Shown: in pieces, positions 11,380-21,842 of the stretch
Position numbering within the stretch: position 1 is the stretch's first letter
How the letters are laid out: each line of letters starts with the position of its first letter
From: Alphaproteobacteria bacterium
GTDB taxonomy: Bacteria; Pseudomonadota; Alphaproteobacteria; MPNO01; UBA830
DNA: 64,000 nucleotides
Assembly: GCA_964291215.2 (NCBI GenBank)
Contig: OZ219791.1
Coordinates: forward strand, 1,344,001-1,408,000
Direction: 5' to 3'
The notes under the pieces: generated by a model
What the model saw: the letters and a program-made list of their open reading frames with translations, nothing else
Told to the model about the DNA's origin: nothing
Database searches by the model: none
Translations under genes and position numbers: made by a program

Positions 11380-12577
11380 CCCCCGTTCCATAGTGAAGTG
11401 CAACACATGATGGGCTGTGGCCATGTGTTTTTAGACGCATGATGTTGCGGAGCTGTCCAGCAGCGGCGAGAGTTCCTGTACAAGATGGAGGGAGCTTGTT
11501 CATGTCCAAAGGCTACCGTCACCTACGAAGAGCGATGCCAGATTGAGGCAGAAAAGCGGTCTTTCACAAGGTGCGATTGCTCGGCAGCTGGGCCGATCAA
11601 CAATTTTCCGGGAAATCAAACGCAACACCGGGGGATGGGGTTACCGTCACAAGCAGGCGCAAAGGATGGCAGAAACGCAGGGCCGCCTCGTCTGTTTCCT
11701 GGCGGTTGACGCCTCGGGTTGAAGCTCAGAAAAAGCTGCGGGAGGGCCCTGAGCAGATCAGCGGCCGTTTTCGACTGGAGGGTCGTGGGTCGGCAACGGA
11801 TCTATGATCGCATTCATGAAGATCGGAGAGCTGGGGGCGCCTTGTGGAAGAAGCTTCGGCGGCGCGGCAAGAAGCCGAACTGGAAGGGCGGATGCCATTC
11901 CGGCCGGGTGGACATTTCCGAGCGCCCTGCGGTCGTTGAGGCAAAGGAACGGATCGGCGACTGGGAGCCATCATCGGCAAAGCTCACAGTGGAGCTGTCG
12001 TGTCGCTCGTGCCACGAAATACACCTTGCTGGGTGGACAGAAAGACACGGTTGGTATGATCCGCCTGCTCGGCTCTGGTGCGCTATTGGTCCACACAATC
12101 ACAACGGCAAGGAGTTCGCAGACCACAGGCGTGTCGCACTTGACGCAGATTTCTTCTTCGCCTTTCCATTCTTGGGAGCGCGGCTTGAATGAGCACACCA
12201 ATGGCCTGGTGCGGGAGTACTTCCCGAAGGGCGCGGACTTTCGCGCGACATGCAACGAAGATGTTCAGAAGGTGCGGCTCAACACTCGGAAAGTCCTGGG
12301 ATCGCCGACGGAGGTAATCTTGAAGTGAAACCGCCCTGACCATCTGCGTTCCGCAGCCGCAACGTGCAGCAGGGTCCATGCCGCGCGACGGGGAAATAGT
12401 GGCTTGAAGCCGACAAAGGCGTTGCATAAGCTTGATGTTGAAGGAACTGAAGCTGTTCCCAGGCGGAATCGAGAGGGGCAGAGGGGAAAAATTTGCGCAA
12501 CCCGGCCCTCATCTCCGTTCGGGCTACGCCCTCACTGCGATGAGGGCCGGGTGTTGCACTTCAGACTGGAAGTGGGG
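11380..12577 (+). mobile_element. Degenerate IS30-family element, copy 1
   Basis: 27-bp imperfect TIRs (cccccgttccatagtgaagtgcaacac / gtgttgcacttcagactggaagtgggg). Fragments TYEERCQI, PEQISGR, ISERP..RIGDWE, NGKEF, SWERGLNEHTNGLVREYFPKG. Confidence 0.9.
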
Positions 12578-12579
12578 AA

Positions 12580-13419
12580 CGTATCTTGGGCAGCCTTTCC
12601 GGCATTGGCGGGGTTCTGAGCGCGATAACCTCGGGATGAGGTCGGGCAGACCGAAACGACGACGTTATTCGAACTCAGCCAGATAGCGCTGCGCATACTT
12701 GGGGCGAACCGCATGATTAGGTGCCACGCGCTCTTGACGTTGCCGAGAAGCGCGTTGACCCATCGAAACTCGGAATACTCGACGGCGGCTCGCCCGCTGC
12801 CGACCACGACCTTGGCGTGAGCGCAGCCGGCTGCGCTCACGCCGTTGAAGTACGTCAGGCCGTCAGACACGACTCGCGCCCAGGCGGCGATTTCGGTGCG
12901 CCGGAAGCCCTTGACGACGGTGAGCTTCACCCGTTGAGGGTGTCCAGCCTCTCGACGGCGGCGACGAACGGTGCCTTGCGCCCCCCGACCGCGCCACCGC
13001 TGCGCTCGCCGCAGGCGTCCGACCCATCCGGTGAGTGGGTGGGGGCACCCCATCATCACCTGCATCAGCTTGTGGCGCATGCGGCGTTGTAGGAGATGTC
13101 CAGATGACGGTGCAGCCTCATCGCCGAGATGCCCTTCTTGTCCTGGGTCATGAAGTAGATTCCGAGGAACCACACCGTCAAAGGCAGCTTGGTAGCCTCG
13201 AAGATGGTGCCCGCGGTAATCGAGGTCTGGCGATGGCACTGCTGGAGCTTGCGGGTGGTCAGTTAGCAGGCGCGGTCATTGGCCGCAATGCGGGCACACG
13301 AAGCCGTTCGGTCACCGCCAGCGATACAGGGCGTCGAAGCACTGGTCTTCGGTGCCGTAGCGGGAGAGGAACTGGTTGAGGCTGATGTCTCTCTGGAACT
13401 GTACTAGGTCGCGCACCAT
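12580..13419 (-). mobile_element. Degenerate IS1595-family transposase
   Basis: QFQ..SL..F...YGTEDQC..AL..WR*P.GFVCP.C, TAGTIFEATKLPLTVWF, VVSDGL, FRWVN..LGNVK, RYLAEF; multiple frameshifts. Confidence 0.85.
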
Positions 13420-13451
13420 GAAAACATTCATATTTTCCAATAAATTACTTT

Positions 13452-14928
13452 GTAACTGCTCACCCCTTGGTTCCGGCTTGATGTCGGAGTAGAGCAACGA
13501 ACGGGTTTTCGTGGAGATTTGACACTGCAGGCCGATTCGTTTAGTGGTGGTAATCGAGAACGACGGGGACCGCCAGTGGGCTACTTTGGATCGAAGGCGA
13601 CGAGCGGGCTGTGCCAGCTGCTTCCGGGGCTCCGCATGATCTGTATGTGGAAACGCATCTCGGAGGCGGCGCGCTGATGAAGCGCAAGGCCGGGCGGTGG
13701 AGTACCGGAAGATGCCGCCGGGCGAGCGCCAGGCGATGCTCGCGGCGACCGTCGAGGCCGGGTGATGGCGACGGGCGGCGCGCGAGGAGTTCGAAGCGGC
13801 CAGGACCGCGGCGCTGCCGGCAAGGTGCCGAAAGAGGCCGTGATCCGCGTCCTCCTGCTCGACATCCTCATCGTCGTCCTTCTGGAGAAGACCACGCACG
13901 AGCCGGAACTCCGGTCTGCCGCCGTCACAGACGGACAAGAGCGTGCCGGGAGCAACGGCCCGAAGCCGAACCGGCAGATGGGCGACTACCTGCGCAAGAC
14001 CATCGTCGAGGAGACGGTCGCCGTCGATCGGGAGCGCCGCACGACATCGTGTTCGAGGTCGTCGAGCGCCGCGTCGACGCCGAGGAATGCCCGAAGTGCA
14101 AGGGCCGGTTCCCCGACAACATCCCGTGCAGTACGGCATCCAGGCCCTCGTCATCAACCTGCTGGTTGCCCAGATGCTGTCCCTGCGCCGTCGCGCTCGT
14201 GCAGGCGATCTCCGGCATCAAACTCTCCGAGGCCTCGGCTATGCTTTCACGATGCGTCATGGGAGGAGGCCGCCGTGGCGCACCTCCTGCAACGCCCGAT
14301 GTCGACGATTCCGAATCAACGGTAAGTGGCTCCATGTCGTCGGGACGTGCAAGTTCCCGCACCGCAAGCAAGAGATCGGCCCGTGCTACAAGGGCGTCCT
14401 GGGCCTCGTACATGGCAGTGTAGCCACCAGTTGTGCGGCAGCCACCTGCTGCGCGAACTGACCTTTGTCGTCGAGGCTACCGCGCGACTGATGAAGAGCC
14501 TGCTCCGCGAGGTCTGCCACAAGGTCAACAAGAGCGCATCCAGGACCCTGAACGAGGCCGTGCGCTACCGCACCATCAGGGCGCCAAGGAACTGCTCGAC
14601 ATCCCGACGAAAGGAAAACGCATCGCAAACGCGCACAACCTGCACGAACGTCTCGTGAAACACGAAAACCTGCGCTTCACAGACGACCCCGACGTCAGCT
14701 TCACCAACAATGCCGGAGAACAGAAGATCAGGATGGCAAAGGTCAAGGTGTCCGGATGCTTCCGCTCCACGCAAAAGCATGGTGCCGGGGCTCAAGCTAC
14801 CTCACCTCCATGGCCGCACTCGGCTACAATCATCACGTCGCCACCCAGATCGCCCTCGACGGAAAAGCCGCAGACATCATCAACGAGCACTACGACTAAT
14901 CAGAACCCAACTAGGGGTGAGTAGATAC
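13452..14928 (+). mobile_element. Degenerate IS66-family element, copy 1
   Basis: TIRs gtaactgctcacccc / ggggtgagtagatac. Fragments HQLCGSHLLREL and FTNNAGEQKIRMAKVKVSGCFRS. No matching TSD. Confidence 0.9.
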
Positions 14929-16704
14929 GTTCTTTTTTCGAATCAGCCACCATCTCGTGACCGAACGTTTACGACTTCCTGCAGCCCGGCGACCGGGCGT
15001 GCTATTCGTCGGCCGGTGTTCGTGCGCCACGCGGCCTCCCATCACGTGGGTGAGAACGATCACCGGTAGCAGGCCGAAGGCGACGATCGTGACCGCGCCG
15101 AGTGCACATTCTTCGAGGAGTTCGTCGGACGCAAACTCGTATACATAGGTCGCCAGCGTCTCGAAATTGAACGGCCGAAGCAGAAGAGTCGCTGGCAGCT
15201 CCTTCATGCTGTCGACGAAGATCAGCAGCGCGGCGGTCAGGATGCTGCCGCGGATCAGCGGGAGATTGACGCGTACGAGCGTTCTGGCCGCCGAGTGCCC
15301 GAGCGTACGCGCAGCATGGTCCATATTGGGTGTGATGCGGTTCAGCCCGGCCTCCAGCGTGCCGTAGGCGAGCGCAAGGAATCGTGCGACATAGGCGAAC
15401 AGGATGGCGAAGAACGTGCCGCTCAGTATCAGCCCCGTGCTGATGCCGAGCATCGAGCGCGCAAACCCGTCAATCGCGTTGTCGAGCGCGCCGAAAGGCG
15501 TGAGTATCCCGATTGCGAGCACCGCCCCGGGAACGGCGTAGCCGAGGCTGGCGAATCGCGCGAGGTTGCGGACGACGCCGCTTGTGGTGATGCGCGTCGC
15601 ATAGGCGAGGAACAGGCCGGTCGCTGCTGCGACGGCGGCAGCCAGTGCCGCGAGGAGGATGCTGTTGAACGCCGCCTGCGGATAACGGTTGGCGAGCGAG
15701 GTGTTGTAGAATTCGATGGCGTAGGCGATCAGCACTCCGGCCGGGATCGCGAACCCGACGAGCGCGGGGAGTGCGCAGATGGCGACCGCCAGCGCTGCCC
15801 GGCCTGACCGCAGCTGCACCGGGCCGACTTTGGTCCTGCCTCGTGTCATGTCGTGGTAGCTCCTGCTTCGGCGGGCGGTGCGCTCGGCGACCAGAAGGAA
15901 GATTACGAAGACGAGCATCATCATTGCGATCTGTGCACCGCCACTGGTGTTGTTCATGATCAGCCAGACATTGAACAGGCCGGTTGTCAGTGTCTGCACC
16001 GAGAAATAGTCGACCGTGCCGAAATCGTTCAGCGTCTCCATCATCACCAGCGCGAGGCCGACCACGATGGATGGCCTCGCCATCGGTAGCGAAATCCGGC
16101 GGAACGCGGCCCACGTGTTGCAGCCGAGGGTCCGCGCCGCCTCAATGACCCCGCCGGATTGTTCCAGGAACGCGGCATGGGCCAGCAGGTAGACATAGGG
16201 ATAGAGAGTTGCCGAGAGTACCATCGCCGCGCCTTCGGGCGAGCGGATCTCGGGAAACCAGTAGTCGCCTGCGCTTTGCCATCCGAACAGCTCCCTGAGG
16301 GCTTGCTGCACCGGTCCGGCATATTCGAGAAGGTCGGTATAGACATAGGCAACGACGTAGGTCGGCATTGCAAGCGGTAGGACGAGTGCCCATTTGAGGA
16401 CGCGCCGTCCGGGAAAGTCGCAAGTCGCGACCAGCCAGGCGGTGGTAACGCCGACCAGCGCGGTACCGATGCCGACCAGAAAGAGTAGCGACAGCGTCGT
16501 CGACACATAACCCGGCAGCACCGTGTCGAGAAGATGCGGCCAGATGTTCTCGGTCGGGAACAGCGACAGCCACGCAACAGCCAGCACGGGTAGCGTGATG
16601 ATTGCGGCGATGGCCGCGGTGCCGACGCTCCAGGCGGAGGGAAAGGGGAGTTTCCGGCGGCGCGGGAGAGGCTGCGCCGCCGAAACTCCGGATATGCTCG
16701 TCAC
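14911..16704 (-). CDS. fbpB: Fe3+ ABC transporter permease
   Basis: Two-domain permease with EAARTLG and AARTLG loops, DFGTVDYF, KELPATL.LRPFNFETLA. Confidence 0.9.
   Translation of the reverse strand: MTSISGVSAAQPLPRRRKLPFPSAWSVGTAAIAAIITLPVLAVAWLSLFPTENIWPHLLDTVLPGYVSTTLSLLFLVGIGTALVGVTTAWLVATCDFPGRRVLKWALVLPLAMPTYVVAYVYTDLLEYAGPVQQALRELFGWQSAGDYWFPEIRSPEGAAMVLSATLYPYVYLLAHAAFLEQSGGVIEAARTLGCNTWAAFRRISLPMARPSIVVGLALVMMETLNDFGTVDYFSVQTLTTGLFNVWLIMNNTSGGAQIAMMMLVFVIFLLVAERTARRSRSYHDMTRGRTKVGPVQLRSGRAALAVAICALPALVGFAIPAGVLIAYAIEFYNTSLANRYPQAAFNSILLAALAAAVAAATGLFLAYATRITTSGVVRNLARFASLGYAVPGAVLAIGILTPFGALDNAIDGFARSMLGISTGLILSGTFFAILFAYVARFLALAYGTLEAGLNRITPNMDHAARTLGHSAARTLVRVNLPLIRGSILTAALLIFVDSMKELPATLLLRPFNFETLATYVYEFASDELLEECALGAVTIVAFGLLPVIVLTHVMGGRVAHEHRPTNSTPGRRAAGSRKRSVTRWWLIRKKNVSTHP
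14940..14971. mobile_element. Right end of the 125-bp MITE family
   Basis: gaatcagccaccatctcgtgaccgaacgtttac matches 11075-11107. Confidence 0.65.
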
Positions 16705-16723
16705 GAACCGGATGTCCGGGGGG

Positions 16724-17776
16724 TCAGTTCGTCATCGGCCCTTCGTTGAAGCCGACCCTGTTGACGATCTTGAGTGCTGCTGACCGATTGTCCGCGATCT
16801 TGGTGAGCGGCATGCTGTCGCCCTTGAACTTGCCCCAGGATGCCACCAGTTCCGCCGGTTCGATAGAGGGGTCGATGGGATATTCGAAGTTCTTCTCGGC
16901 GTAGAGCTTCTGGCCCTCAGGTTTGGCGAGAAATTCCATGAGCTTGAGCGCGTTGGCCGAGTTGGGTGCGTGCTTGGTCATCATGACGCCGCTCACGTTG
17001 AGGTGCACGCCGCCGCTGTCGAATTTCGGGAACACCAGATAGGCTGAATCCGCCCACTTCTTCTGTTTTTCGTTGGTGAGCATCTTGGCCATGTAGTAGT
17101 GGTTGCCGATGGCAAGATCGCACACGCCTTCCATGATTGCCTTGACCTGTGCCCGGTCGTTGCCCTGAGGTCTGCGCGCCAGGTTGGTCCTCACCCCTTG
17201 CAGCCATTTTTCGGCGGCGACCTCACCGTTATGGCCGATCATCGCGGCAAGCAGCGCCACATTGTAGGGATGGTCGCCCTTGCGCGTGCAAATGCGACCT
17301 TTCCACTGCGGATTGGCGAGTTGCTCGTAGGACGTGATCGTCCCCTTCGGAACGCGCTCCTTCGACGCATAGATGATCCTCGCCCGGGAGGTGAGCCCGT
17401 ACCACAAGCCGTCGGGATGGCGATAGGATGCGGGTACCGCCTTTTCGAGAATGGTCGACTTGACCGGCTGTCCGAGGCCCGCCTTGACGACTTCCGTGAG
17501 CCGCGCGATGTCGACGGTGAAGATCAGGTCCGCAGGGCTGTTGCGGCCCTCGGCTTGAAGTCTCTTTAGCAGTCCCTTCTTGGCAAACACCACATTGACC
17601 TTGATCCCGGACTGTTCCGTGAAGGCGTCGAACAGCGGTTTTACCAGAAAAGGCTGACGATACGAATACACGTTGACCTCTCCGGTTCTCTTGTCGGCGG
17701 CAACTGCAATTCCCGGTGCGGCGACGCAGGCCGAGACCGCGAAGATTCCCAGACAAATTCGCAAGGTTGTCATCAT
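16724..17776 (-). CDS. fbpA: Fe3+ ABC transporter periplasmic binding protein (FbpA/FutA)
   Basis: Signal peptide, VNVYSYRQ, AEGRNSPAD, GNDRAQ, NHYY. Confidence 0.9.
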   Translation of the reverse strand: MMTTLRICLGIFAVSACVAAPGIAVAADKRTGEVNVYSYRQPFLVKPLFDAFTEQSGIKVNVVFAKKGLLKRLQAEGRNSPADLIFTVDIARLTEVVKAGLGQPVKSTILEKAVPASYRHPDGLWYGLTSRARIIYASKERVPKGTITSYEQLANPQWKGRICTRKGDHPYNVALLAAMIGHNGEVAAEKWLQGVRTNLARRPQGNDRAQVKAIMEGVCDLAIGNHYYMAKMLTNEKQKKWADSAYLVFPKFDSGGVHLNVSGVMMTKHAPNSANALKLMEFLAKPEGQKLYAEKNFEYPIDPSIEPAELVASWGKFKGDSMPLTKIADNRSAALKIVNRVGFNEGPMTN

Positions 17777-17858
17777 CTCATTTTCCTTTCGGTAGCTTGG
17801 ACGGCTGGCATGCAGCCATGGCGACAGAGTTATACGCCAGTCTGAATCCCTTTTCAAT

Positions 17859-17877
17859 GCGAATGATTATCATTATC
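17859..17877 (-). promoter_or_regulatory. Fur box upstream of fbpA
   Basis: Minus strand GATAATGATAATCATTCGC, 17/19 match to the classical GATAATGATAATCATTATC. Confidence 0.8.
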
Positions 17878-17914
17878 ATAAAATTTTTCGGCGGGGATAT
17901 GTCGGAAAATTAAG

Positions 17915-19034
17915 CCCCCGTTCCATAGTGAAGTGCAACACATGATGGGCTGTGGCCATGTGTTTTTAGACGCATGATGTTGCGGAGCTGTCCAGCAGCG
18001 GCGAGAGTTCCTGTACAAGATGGAGGGAGCTTGTTCATGTCCAAAGGCTACCGTCACCTACGAAGAGCGATGTCAGATTGAGGCAGAAAAGCGGTCTTTC
18101 ACAAGGTGCGATTGCTCGGCAGCTGGGCCGATCAACAATTTTCCGGGAGATCAAGCGCAACACCGGGGGACGGGGTTACCGTCACAAGCAGGCGCAAAGG
18201 ATGGCAGAAACGCAGGGCAGCCTCGTCTGTTTCCTGGCGGTTGACGCCTCGGGTTGAAGCTCAGAAAAAGCTGCGGGAGGGCCCCGAGCAGCGGCCGTTT
18301 TCGACTGGAGGGCCGTGGGTCGGCAACGGATCCATGATCGCTGAAGATCGGAGAGCCGGGGGCATCTTGTGGAAGAAGCTTCGGCGGCGCGGCAAGAAGC
18401 CGAACTGGAAGGGCGGATGCCATTCCGGCCGGGTGGACATTTCCGAGCGCCCTGCGGAGGCAAAGGAACGGATCGGCGACTGGGAGCCATCATCGGCAAA
18501 GCTCACAGTGGAGCTGTCGTGTCGCTCGTGCCACGAAATACACCTTGCTGGGTGGACAGAAAGACACGGTTGGTATGATCCGCCTGCTCGGCTCTGGTGC
18601 GCTATTGGTCCACACAATCACAACGGCAAAGAGTTCGCAGACCACAGGCGTGTCGCACTTGACGCAGATTTCTTCTTCGCCTTTCCATTCCTGGGAGCGC
18701 GGCTTGAATGAGCACACCAACGGCCTGGTGCGGGAGTACTTCCCGAAGGGCACGGACTTTCGCGCGACATGCAACGAAGATGTTCAGAAGGTGCGGCTCA
18801 ACACTCGGAAAGTCCCGGGATCGCCGACGGAGGTAATCTTGAAGGGAAACCGCCCTGACCATCTGCGTTCCGTAGCCGCAACGTGCAGCAGGGTCCATGC
18901 CGCGCGACGGCGGAATAGTGGCTTGAAGCCGACAAAGGCGTTGCATAAGCTCGATGTTGAAGGAACTGAAGCTGTTCCCAGGCGGAATCGAGAGGGGCAG
19001 AGGGGGGATGTTGCACTTCAGACTGGAAGTGGGG
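17915..19034 (+). mobile_element. Degenerate IS30-family element, copy 2
   Basis: Near-identical to 11380-12577, with the same TIRs and frameshifts plus extra deletions. Confidence 0.9.
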
Positions 19035-19147
19035 TGCAATTGATTCGCAAAATTGGACCGAGAACAGTACCCGGCGTGGCAAGCTTTTGCTTGGGTTCCG
19101 GATGTCTTGCTGGCGCGGGGGCGACGGGCTGTGCGTTTGCGGTGCCG

Positions 19148-20755
19148 TCAGGCGGCTGCGCGGATGCCTGCGGCCTTGACGCTGTCGACCACCTCGCCCT
19201 CGAACTGCGCGAAATTCGCCTCGAAGCGCTGGGCAAGGTCGCGCGCCGTCGAATCGTAGCTCTTTGGGTTCTCCCAGGTCTTGCGCGGATTGAGCACCTC
19301 GCTAGGGATCTCGGGCACGGCGTTCGGGATCAGCAGCCCGAAATTTGGATCGGGTGCTACCGATACGCCGGCAAGCTTGCCTTCGACCGCGGCCCGGACC
19401 ATGGCCCGTGTGTGTGCGAGCTTGATTCGGTCGCCGATTCCGTAGCGGCCACCGCTCCATCCGGTATTGATCAGCCAGCACTCGGCGCCGTGCTCGTCCA
19501 TCTTCTGACCGAGCAGCTTTGCATAGACGGTGGGATGGCGGGGCAGGAACGGCGCGCCGAAACAGGTCGAGAATGTCGCTTCCGGCTCATCGACCCCGCG
19601 TTCCGTGCCTGCGAGCCTCGCCGTGTAGCCAGACAGGAAATGATACATCGCCTGGTCGGGCGTGAGACGGCTGATCGGCGGCAGGACGCCGAAGGCGTCC
19701 GCCGTGAGCATGATGATGTTCGTCGGATGGCCACCGAGCCCGGTTTCGCTAACTCCGGGAATGAACTCGATCGGATAGGACGACCGCGTGTTTTCAGTCA
19801 GTGAGGCGTCATCGAAATTTGGCATGCCGGTTGCGGGATCGAGGATCACGTTCTCCAGCACCGTCCCGAACCGCATCGATGCCTCGTAGATCTCGGGCTC
19901 TGCGTCGGCCGACAGGTTGATTGCCTTGGCGTAGCAGCCGCCTTCGAAATTGAAGACGCCCTTTGACGACCACCCGTGCTCGTCGTCGCCGATCAATATG
20001 CGCGTCGGATCCGACGAAAGCGTCGTCTTGCCGGTTCCCGAGAGGCCGAAGAAGATCGTCGAGTTGCCGTCCATGCCGATATTGGCCGAACAGTGCATCG
20101 GCAGGACATTCTGTGCTGGCAGCAGATAGTTGAGGGCCGAAAAGACTGTCTTCTTGATTTCGCCGGTATAATGCGAACCGCCGACGAGAATCAGGCGCTC
20201 GGCAAAGTTCAGCATCACGAAGACTTCGGACTTCGTTCCGTCGATCGACGGAATCGCCTGCAGGTTGGGCGCGTGCAGCACCGTAAAGTCGGGTATGAAG
20301 CCCGTTAGTTCGTCAGCCGGCGGGTTGATGAACATGTTGCTGGCGAACAGGCTGTGCCACGCCGTCTCGGTCACCACCCGGACCTTGATCCGGTAGTCGG
20401 GATCGGCGCCGGCGTAACAGTCTTGGACGAAGACCTCGCGATTTTGCAGGTAGGCCAGCACGCGCTTGCGCATGGTCTCGAAATTCTCGATCGAGATCCG
20501 GTTGTTGACCGGACCCCACCAGATGTTGTCGGAGTTTTCCGGCTCGTCGACGATATACTTATCCTTGGGGGAGCGGCCGGTGTACTTGCCGGTGACGACG
20601 ACAAGGCCGCCACCGGCCGCGAGCTCGCCCTCGTTGCGACGCAACGCGTGCCGATAAAGCGCCGGGATCGACAGGTTCCAGTGTGGGGTCCGAGTGTTTT
20701 CTATGCCGTGATTCTCGAGACCGAATGTACTGATGACGGGGCCAGTTTGCTTCAC
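19148..20755 (-). CDS. pckA: Phosphoenolpyruvate carboxykinase (ATP)
   Basis: TGRSPKDK, GLSGTGKTTLS, LIGDDEHGW, NFEGGCYAK. Confidence 0.97.
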   Translation of the reverse strand: MKQTGPVISTFGLENHGIENTRTPHWNLSIPALYRHALRRNEGELAAGGGLVVVTGKYTGRSPKDKYIVDEPENSDNIWWGPVNNRISIENFETMRKRVLAYLQNREVFVQDCYAGADPDYRIKVRVVTETAWHSLFASNMFINPPADELTGFIPDFTVLHAPNLQAIPSIDGTKSEVFVMLNFAERLILVGGSHYTGEIKKTVFSALNYLLPAQNVLPMHCSANIGMDGNSTIFFGLSGTGKTTLSSDPTRILIGDDEHGWSSKGVFNFEGGCYAKAINLSADAEPEIYEASMRFGTVLENVILDPATGMPNFDDASLTENTRSSYPIEFIPGVSETGLGGHPTNIIMLTADAFGVLPPISRLTPDQAMYHFLSGYTARLAGTERGVDEPEATFSTCFGAPFLPRHPTVYAKLLGQKMDEHGAECWLINTGWSGGRYGIGDRIKLAHTRAMVRAAVEGKLAGVSVAPDPNFGLLIPNAVPEIPSEVLNPRKTWENPKSYDSTARDLAQRFEANFAQFEGEVVDSVKAAGIRAAA

Positions 20756-21055
20756 CTGCGTTCTCCTGGACCTGGCGATGTGCTCTATCTGGGCAGGCAG
20801 CTGGCGCCAGCTCTCAATGACCGGGAAAAACGGCTGCCGTCACGGTCGGTGCAACATACCCCGCTCGCTTGGGAAGTCAAATGACTGAGACCGCCGAAAT
20901 GCGACGGTTCTGTCCGGTTGACGCGTTCTCCGCCGAAACCCGAAAACTGTGCCTCCGGTTGTCTGGTGCAGGGTATGTGCGACAATCGGCGCCGCGCAGT
21001 CGGCCCGAGTCCGTGCGCCCGTCCGGCGACCGTCTGCGCGCAGGAGGTGCCTTCG

Positions 21056-21805
21056 ATGCCCGATCCCAGGATATCCGCCCGGAATCCGGCGGGCCGGCAA
21101 CGAAAGCTGCCGACGATTGCGATGGTCGATGACGACCGCAACATTCTCGCCGCGGTATCGATGGGCCTTGAGGCCGAGGGTTTCCGCGTCCGGACCTATG
21201 CCGATAGCGAGACGGCGCTCCGCAGCATTATCGCCGATCCGGTGGATCTGGCTCTCCTCGACATCAAGATGCCGCGGATGGACGGCATGGAGATGCTGTC
21301 GAGGCTGAGGCGCCACAATAACATTCCTGTCATCTTCGTCACGTCCAAGGATGACGAGACGGACGAAATACTCGGGCTGCGCACGGGTGCCGACGACTAT
21401 ATCAGGAAGCCGTTCTCCCGGCATCTCCTGGTTGCCCGCATCCGCACGGTGCTGCGCCGCCACGGCAAGGCCGATGCCGGAGATCCCGCGGCCGAGGCCC
21501 GGCCACCGATTCGGTGCCGGGACCTGGTCATTGACCGCGACCGGTTCGCATGCGCATGGAAGGGCGAGGCCGTCGATCTGACCGTGACGGAGCTGCTGTT
21601 GCTGGCGGCACTTGCGAAGCACCCCGGTCATGTGAAGTCGCGGGACCAGCTGATCGATGCGGCCTACGGCGAGTCCGACTACATGGATGACCGCGCCATC
21701 GACAGCCACATCAAGCGCGTGCGAAAGAAGTTCCGCGCCGTCGATGCGAACTTTTGCGAGATCGAGACCCTCTACGGGGTCGGATACCGCTACCGGCATT
21801 CGTGA
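21056..21805 (+). CDS. chvI: OmpR-family response regulator ChvI
   Basis: [41 protein letters not shown]; divergent from pckA. Confidence 0.92.
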   Translation: MPDPRISARNPAGRQRKLPTIAMVDDDRNILAAVSMGLEAEGFRVRTYADSETALRSIIADPVDLALLDIKMPRMDGMEMLSRLRRHNNIPVIFVTSKDDETDEILGLRTGADDYIRKPFSRHLLVARIRTVLRRHGKADAGDPAAEARPPIRCRDLVIDRDRFACAWKGEAVDLTVTELLLLAALAKHPGHVKSRDQLIDAAYGESDYMDDRAIDSHIKRVRKKFRAVDANFCEIETLYGVGYRYRHS

Positions 21806-21842
21806 GCGGTGCCGTGGCGTTGCAGCGGTCTAGGCGAGCGTC

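Noticed and set aside
11380-12577. Programmed frameshifting or RNA editing restoring the IS transposases
   Set aside because: Too many lesions, with whole codon blocks missing and differing between copies; no guide-like templates seen in the window.
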